From positions 17,641,615 through 17,705,614 of the forward strand of contig CAVNZM010000002.1 in assembly GCA_963693365.1 (NCBI GenBank): a stretch of 64,000 bases of DNA, given 5' to 3'. A program made the position numbers and the translations under genes. The notes under the pieces were generated by a model. The model searched no databases. It was given only the letters and a program-made list of their open reading frames with translations, and had not been told where the DNA came from. Position 1 is the stretch's first letter; each line of letters begins with the position of its first letter. The DNA is from Amoebidium appalachense. Its lineage: Eukaryota > Protista > Ichthyosporea. Below, piece by piece: positions 57,444-64,000 of the stretch.

Positions 57444-59260
57444 CTTACACATACAATCTGAGTTCTCATGTGAATGAAACGACATCTTTTCGCCCCATCA
57501 CACTAACCCAGGTTGTTCGTAGATTCTTTGAAGCTTGCTTACTTAGGTTATTTGCACATCACCTGGTTTCAATCTATTCTTCACATACACCCATGCCAAT
57601 CCGCTTTTCATAAGAACAATTCATGTTATGTTCAAATAATGGCACTGCACGATTCTATGCAAGTTGGGGCACGATATGTTGGCTTTATTGATTGGAAAAC
57701 TGCTTACGATTCTGTCTCCCCTGGTCTCCTATGGGAAAAGCTTGCTGCACGGGGTGTACCACACTGCATTGGTGTTCTGTTAGAAGCACTCTTGTCTCAA
57801 ACCTATGGTAGAGCTGTGGCCCAAATGGGCATCTTTCATATGGTTTTGCTCGTACTAGAGGTCTCTTGCAGGGTTCATTGCTTAGCCCCTTTCTGTTTAA
57901 CCTATTTACAGATGATCTGGCTGTCAAGATTTATGCCGAAAATGATGACCCTATTAATAACTTTCCGCCTGCACTTCTCTATGCTGATGATCTGTCCCTC
58001 CTTGCCCGTACCCCTAGACGCCTGCAAAGATTGTTCGATGTAGTGTCAGAGTGGTGCAAGGCAAACCTTATGATCCTTAACATAGACAAATGTGGTGTTC
58101 TTGTACCTGATATAGCTAACAATTTACACACATTTACATTATCATCTAAACCTGTACCTATAGTTCCAGAATACAAATATCTTGGTGTTCCGGTTAATTC
58201 TGTTGGTGTTATGTTTTCCCATATTGTCGAAAAGAGGGTAGAGCTGGCTCGTAAGCGGTTAGCTTTCTTCTCGGCTAATACTTTTAAAGACACACTCCTC
58301 CATCCTTCTATTAGGCTTACATTTATTCGCACTTTTGTCTTCCCGACATGCGAATATGGTTTACCCCTTCTCGCCGCTTGGATCAAGACAAAGAGAACTA
58401 GAGCGCCTAAACCCTTGGCAAATTTCCTTGAAGCAGAAGTTGCCTCCTTTCTATCTAACAACTGTTGTAAACCTGGGCCTGTAACGCTCTCGATATATGG
58501 TCTGGTCCCAATAGCTGCTAGAGTATCCCATCTCGCGCTGAAATTCAATAAGCACATAAGCCGCTTAAAGAAGTATTTGCCCTCCCACCCTCTCTTCTCT
58601 ATCCGACCTGTCCCCTCCTCACCTCTCCCCTCTTTCCTTCCCTCGCTCTCTCCTTCTCCCCCGGGCACAAATACAAATAAACCCCGCAAAAGTGTGCGTG
58701 TGACTTTGGACTGCCACTTACTTATTAAACATGTACACAATCACAAGATAATCACGCAATATAACAAATGGAAAAAGATACCACACGACACTAGACCCGA
58801 TGAAAGCAGACACCTTGAAAAACTAGGCCCGGCTTATGTCTCGTTTTATATATAATGACCGCCTCAACCATATTGCCAAATATGGCACTCGCAAATGTAT
58901 AACACCTAAATACATATTACCTTCCTGTAGAACTGGTCTTTCTCTAGCTGATGGTATTATTGATCAATTACCACGCTTTTACCGGCTGTACACGTGCTAT
59001 ACAGTGGAGATCTAATAAGTATAAGGCGGCATCGTTTGCATGCCCAAACAACACACACACACACCAGTTTAAACGGTCATGTATCGCCAAATGAAGTTTT
59101 TGATAGACCACATAATACCGCAACACACACACGTCACATTCACAAGACACCCAGAAAGATAGCCTACCTGTAAATTACAACATCCTTGATTTTATACCAA
59201 ACACGCGTAACTACGACCTGTATATTAGATGTATTGATTGGCTTGAGAAACACATCACTA
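57444..59260 (+). mobile_element. 5'-truncated, frameshifted non-LTR retrotransposon (LINE-type RT)
   Basis: RT motifs across three frames: FRPITL..RRFFE, Q.AF, FIDWKTAYDSV, QGSLLSPFLFNLFTDDL, LYADDL (YADD 57980-57991), LNIDKC, YKYLGV, PTCEYG. Decayed C-terminal WR..C segment; no endonuclease visible. Confidence 0.92.
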
Positions 59261-59271
59261 CAAAATTCTAG

Positions 59272-59334
<63 letters not shown>

Positions 59335-59361
59335 CCAGCTGATACCGAGTGTCCCAGGGGA

Positions 59362-59444
<83 letters not shown>

Positions 59445-59459
59445 GGGGAACCCCAACTA

Positions 59460-60290
59460 ATTGATTTTTTCTTAGTCTTTATTTTTTTCTTTTGACTGGA
59501 TTTATTCGACGGAAAGATATGCAGGTATGCACGGCATACTGAGAAGACAATAAAAACTTCACGAGTTATCCAGTAACAAGTGCATACTGAGATACCTGAA
59601 CACTGTGTGAAAATCATATAAATACTCAATGCCCGACCAACAGAATTCAACAAAAAGTCTAAAGTGTTCACATTGCCAGCTAGTGTAGCAGATACCCGTA
59701 GGGAAAGAGAATATAAAACGCGACATAAAAACTCACATCTATCAACATGCTTACGATAAAAAAGTTCAGCACAAAAGTGGCACCAGCGGCGATGAAAACA
59801 AGAATTACAGCGCCACTGCACAACTTTCCAGGCAATATCAACATCAGAGCACCATACAGACGTATCTACTAGGGTGGTATCCATACGTACAGCAGGAGAA
59901 ATGTATCCTGCCAAGGCTCCCAAAAAGCGATAATGATCAGTACGGTGTTGCCTAAGGAACATAACACATGCCGATTGAGTTTTACCTTTGATTTCTCTAT
60001 CAGAACCGGAGAAAGAAACTTATACTGCGTATGGTAATAACGCGAAAAGGCAGAAAAAACAGGAATTATGGTGTCTCGTAGAGAAAGTAAACCCAGATAT
60101 ATAGTCATCGCCCGACATCCATGTACGTGATCATGGTATACCGCTGAGGGGATATTCCGAGCAAAAACCCCCCATACCTGAGACTGGTCTTCTCTTTGCC
60201 TCGAGTAAACAGCGTAAACCCCCTTTCCTACATACGGCAATTTTATCCTAACCGTGTGGCATCCAAACGAGAATGCCAAAACGGCAATTG
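59460..60290 (-). mobile_element. 3' fragment of a related non-LTR retrotransposon, opposite orientation
   Basis: Minus-strand LAGYISPAVR..LVD..VVQWRCN..WCHFCAELFYRKHVDRC..NTLDFLLN (C-terminal CCHC-like region) parallels the YILPSCR..ADG..IQWR..NILDF tail of the + element. An A-rich 3' end lies at ~59460-59495. Confidence 0.65.
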
Positions 60291-60337
60291 TTGCACTCCG
60301 GATCCTAACTTAAATTTCATAATGTCTTCTCTTTTTC

Positions 60338-60392
<55 letters not shown>

Positions 60393-61387
60393 AAAAAAAA
60401 AAAAAAAAGGAATGATGAACATGCAACAAGCAGCCTATGATCATACAAACGTGTTCCTTGCGCAAGGCATGACGCGTAGGTATAAGCAAACCATCGTGAC
60501 TACGGTTCGAGGCTCTTAGCTTTTTTGTCAACAGCACATTTTCCCTGCATCGTACGAATTGTAATATCAGGTAAACTAATATTAGTTGTATATATGTGAA
60601 GTTACCCAAACCGATATTCGCAGATGATCGAATCGGCGGCTGGCAGCTTTCTCAGCTACGCATGCAGATATTCGGCAACGTTACTGCAGCGGTACCCGCG
60701 GCCGCTGCTTATTCAAAGTTTTCTTTCTTTCTTTCTTTCTTTCAGTTCAGGTTTTCTTTCTTTGTCTCTCTTTTTTTTTATGGGCTGGGCGCGATAACGG
60801 GTGGGGGCAGCTGAAGAACGGATCCGGAGGGGGGGGGGAGGCTGCGGGGGCACTGAGATCAGCCAAGGGCCATCTTGCTTGCCCAGTTAAAAGGTTCTGC
60901 ACGCCAAGCTCCCAATACAATAGGCTCCAGCTGTCGCCCGCCGGCAGCTGCTCACTGCATGCAGCAAACACTGCCACGCCAAGTTTGATTTCCACGCATA
61001 TGCCATGACGGGAGAAAATCGTTTATGGTCCACCAGTGCTGTTCCCTTGCGTGCGCAAGGGGAATCTGTCCCGTTCAGTGTGCCGGAGTCTCAGACTCTG
61101 TCGTTTTTAGTTCGCCGCCAGTTCGAGATGTGTTGCCTTGCGAGCCACGCGTATTCACAATGTGAGCTTTTTGTGTACTTGCCAAGGCCGGTGTGGGTGC
61201 GTGTGTGTGTTTGTGTGTGTATGTGTGTGCGTGTGTGTGAGGCCCACGGTGTCTGTGCGTGCATGTGCGTGCACGGTGCATGCACACGGTCGAAGTTTGT
61301 GTTTCTAGTGCGTGCGTGTGGGTGTCACGGGTATGGATGTGTTTGTGTGTGTGTGACACTGTGTGGCAGTGTGTGTCTGTGTGCCAC

Positions 61388-61423
<36 letters not shown>

Positions 61424-61429
61424 AGACTC

Positions 61430-61474
<45 letters not shown>

Positions 61475-63075
61475 GCAACAGGGTATCTTGTGCCGCACAG
61501 CCTTAACCTACACGCTGGCACCCGCCAAGTGTACCCCCCCCCCCCCCCCCCCCCCCCCCCTTCCCACCCCCCCGAGGTCTGGTAAGATCACGAATAGTTT
61601 AGCCCAGGAAATATTTGATTTTTCTTGTGATCACTCTACTCCCAGTTTACCTGCTAAGGCTTACTGGTGAGCGACCCCTGTACAAATATATATCAAGTGT
61701 ACAAAGCACATATTAAGTGCCCTATGCAGAGTCCTCAAACTGTACTGCCCACCCTGAGGCCTCTGCTTGAAATGTCCTTAGCTTCGTCCCCTCAACCATC
61801 ACTCCCTCCCTTCCCGTCCCCCCTAAACCCTAACCCAACGCCCTCATGGCCCCTCTTGGCAAAAGAAAAACCAAAAACATGATGTAGAACCTACCAAACG
61901 AGAACTCGGCACGACTAGCACGCAACACTTCCCTGCCCTACCCCCACCCATCGGTACCCCTACCAGTAGGCCTCATGTTCACTGAAAGAAAACTCCAGCC
62001 CCCCCCCCCCCACTTCCACCCCCACCCCGCGCGCCCTTCCCCCCCCACTGACACACACACATACCCGTTTTTGATGCTAACACCACCACAACTCACACTT
62101 GATCTAGCAGGTCCGGAGCCTCCCTCTCACTTTTCAGTTGGTTGCCAATTTGGCATGTACCTCTGTTGTTTTCGTGTACATGTACATATCAATATGCCAG
62201 ACAACTATGCCACGCACACACGGCCATCTAGATGGCCGTGCACGCACACTGCTACTAAATGGCTAAAAATAGAGCAAGTGCAATGGTTGGCTCACAGCGC
62301 ACCGTTATAACCATATTTGGCAAGTGCCATGAGCCACCTGCAAAACGTTGGCGTCACTCGTTACGGCATGCGACTTCAGGCGCAGCCGGCAACCTTTGTT
62401 TGGTCAAGGTTTGCAACTTGGTGTGGGTTTTCAGCTTGCTAACTACGTGTGTGTTACCTGTTACACATAGATCTAAGCTCGTGGTGTTACTTGGACAGCA
62501 GTGGCGTTTGTATTACTTGTTTTGCGACAACGTGCCGTGTGCCTTGTGTGCACGTAGGGGTGCGGACGTGTTAGCGGCCCGTGAACGTGCACATGGGCTA
62601 AACCCGGAGCGCACCTAGCTCCACCAGCTAGCAACCACACCCTCAGACAAGTAGGGATATCCGCAGTTTGTTGTGTGCTTCAGGCCAAAGGTTGGCGCAG
62701 CAGCTGAAAAACCTGCGGGATGACGTAACCACAGCAGGGCACGAGGCCACGCACAGCAAACATGTCGCTCAACCTGGACGGCAACATACCCCGCTCTCGG
62801 AGCTTCAACAACTTCGGAGGAGGTGGGTGTTCACACTCGCATGGGTACTAACTTGATTTCAAGGGAAAAAAATGTAAACGAGTGTTGTTACTCGACTGCC
62901 TGCTCCCCATCCATGCCTTTCTTGCCCGCTCCCTCTAATCTCTTTTGTTGGCACATGGGAACAGAACTGGTTGTACACCTGTGCCCTCCTTGCGTATGAA
63001 GCAACTGACTGTGGCATGCCGTTGTACTCTACCAGAGTATGAAGTAGGTTTGACAAGAACCTCCACACAGGGATC

Positions 63076-63697
63076 ATGGCGGCCAACGGGGCGCTTGCCG
63101 GGTCCGGGGGAACCTGGGTGATCACTCCAGAAGAAAGGGCAGCACACACGAACATGTTTATGAAGATAGGCCCGGTGAACGGGAAGCTGAGTGGAGAGCA
63201 GGCACGGGCTTTCTTTATGAAGACCAACCTTCCAAAAAGTGTACTTGCACACATTTGGTGAGTGGGGGTAGGGCTTGCTGCGGTTCTGGTCTTTTGTTTG
63301 GTTTGTCAAGGAGAGTTTATGGGTTTGTGTTCTGGGCAAGTTTGACTGCTTCTATGCCAACGAAAAGTCTCTGGCGTGCCCTTGCCCTCCTACTTGCACG
63401 GGGCTAATTTTTTCCTTTCTTTCTTTTTTGACGCCCCTTAACAATTGCCACCCCCTGCATACAGGAGCCTGTCGGATATCGACCAGGACGGCAGTCTTGA
63501 TGCCAACGAGTTTGTGCTGAGCATGCACCTCATCAACAGCAAACTGCGGGGCCAGGAGCTGCCCGCTACCCTGCCCGACAGTCTGCGCACGCTAGCGCCC
63601 ACCGTGCCCACGCTGGGGCCCATACCTGCGGCCGACCGGCTGCGCTACAACCAAGAGTTCAACCAGCACGACTACCGCCGCCAGGGCGTCATATCTG
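63076..63697 (+). CDS. ITSN: Intersectin/Eps15-homology (EH) domain endocytic scaffold, 5' part; exons 63076-63257 and 63465-63697, continuing beyond the window
   Basis: WVITPEERAAH..F..GPVNGKLSGEQARAFF..LPKSVLAHIW|SLSDIDQDGSLDANEFVLSMHLINSKLRGQELPATLP, then the start of a second EH domain (DRLRYNQEFNQHD..GVISG). The ATG is preceded by a cacag acceptor, implying a 5'-UTR intron. Confidence 0.85.
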
Positions 63698-64000
63698 GTC
63701 GGCCTGCCCCCAGCCCCCTTGCTGGCCACACACCTCCAAGCCTGCTACCCTGCTACCCTGCCCTTCCCCCCCCCCCCCCCCCCCCCCCCCCCTTCGCCCC
63801 CTTTTTTCCGGCGGGGGGGGCGCTGTGCTGGTGGTTCTGGCTACTGTTGCTTACCTCTCGTCTTCCGACTGAGGCAACGTGTCTAATGTATTTGATCACT
63901 GCCGGCGAATCTTACTGCCTATGGAGTGGCTGTGTTCCACGTTATTCTGCCCCTTCTTCTACTCCCGTTACCAGTTGCATTCTGTCCCTTCTTCTACTCT

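Overview
Intron-rich eukaryotic genomic DNA, most likely a unicellular holozoan. This is inferred from Myc, DISP3/PTCHD2-like, intersectin-like and Ca-binding EGF genes; the sequence alone does not establish the species. Introns are packed with (CA)n/(GT)n, poly-C and poly-G, so most ORF-track entries are spurious; gene models were spliced by hand using GT..AG sites and codon phase. Contents in order: the 3' end of a ferric reductase/NOX-type gene, a 3-exon divergent Myc, a 21-bp repeat element, intronless MICU1 head-to-head with a 7-exon Tra2/SR45a-like splicing factor, an Rpr2/Snm1(RMP24)-like RNase P/MRP subunit, a ~19-exon DISP3-like SSD/RND protein, a bacterial-type ADP-ribosylglycohydrolase, a multi-EGF gene with decaying duplicated exons, two tail-to-tail LINE fragments and the start of an intersectin-like gene. 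The best novelty candidate is an unannotated ~220-260 nt intronic element in three sense-strand copies in two RNA-processing genes, whose helices survive compensatory changes. Also notable: acceptors with (CA)n instead of a pyrimidine tract, a Myc intron at the animal position, and a DISP3 with two of three transport aspartates replaced by Asn.
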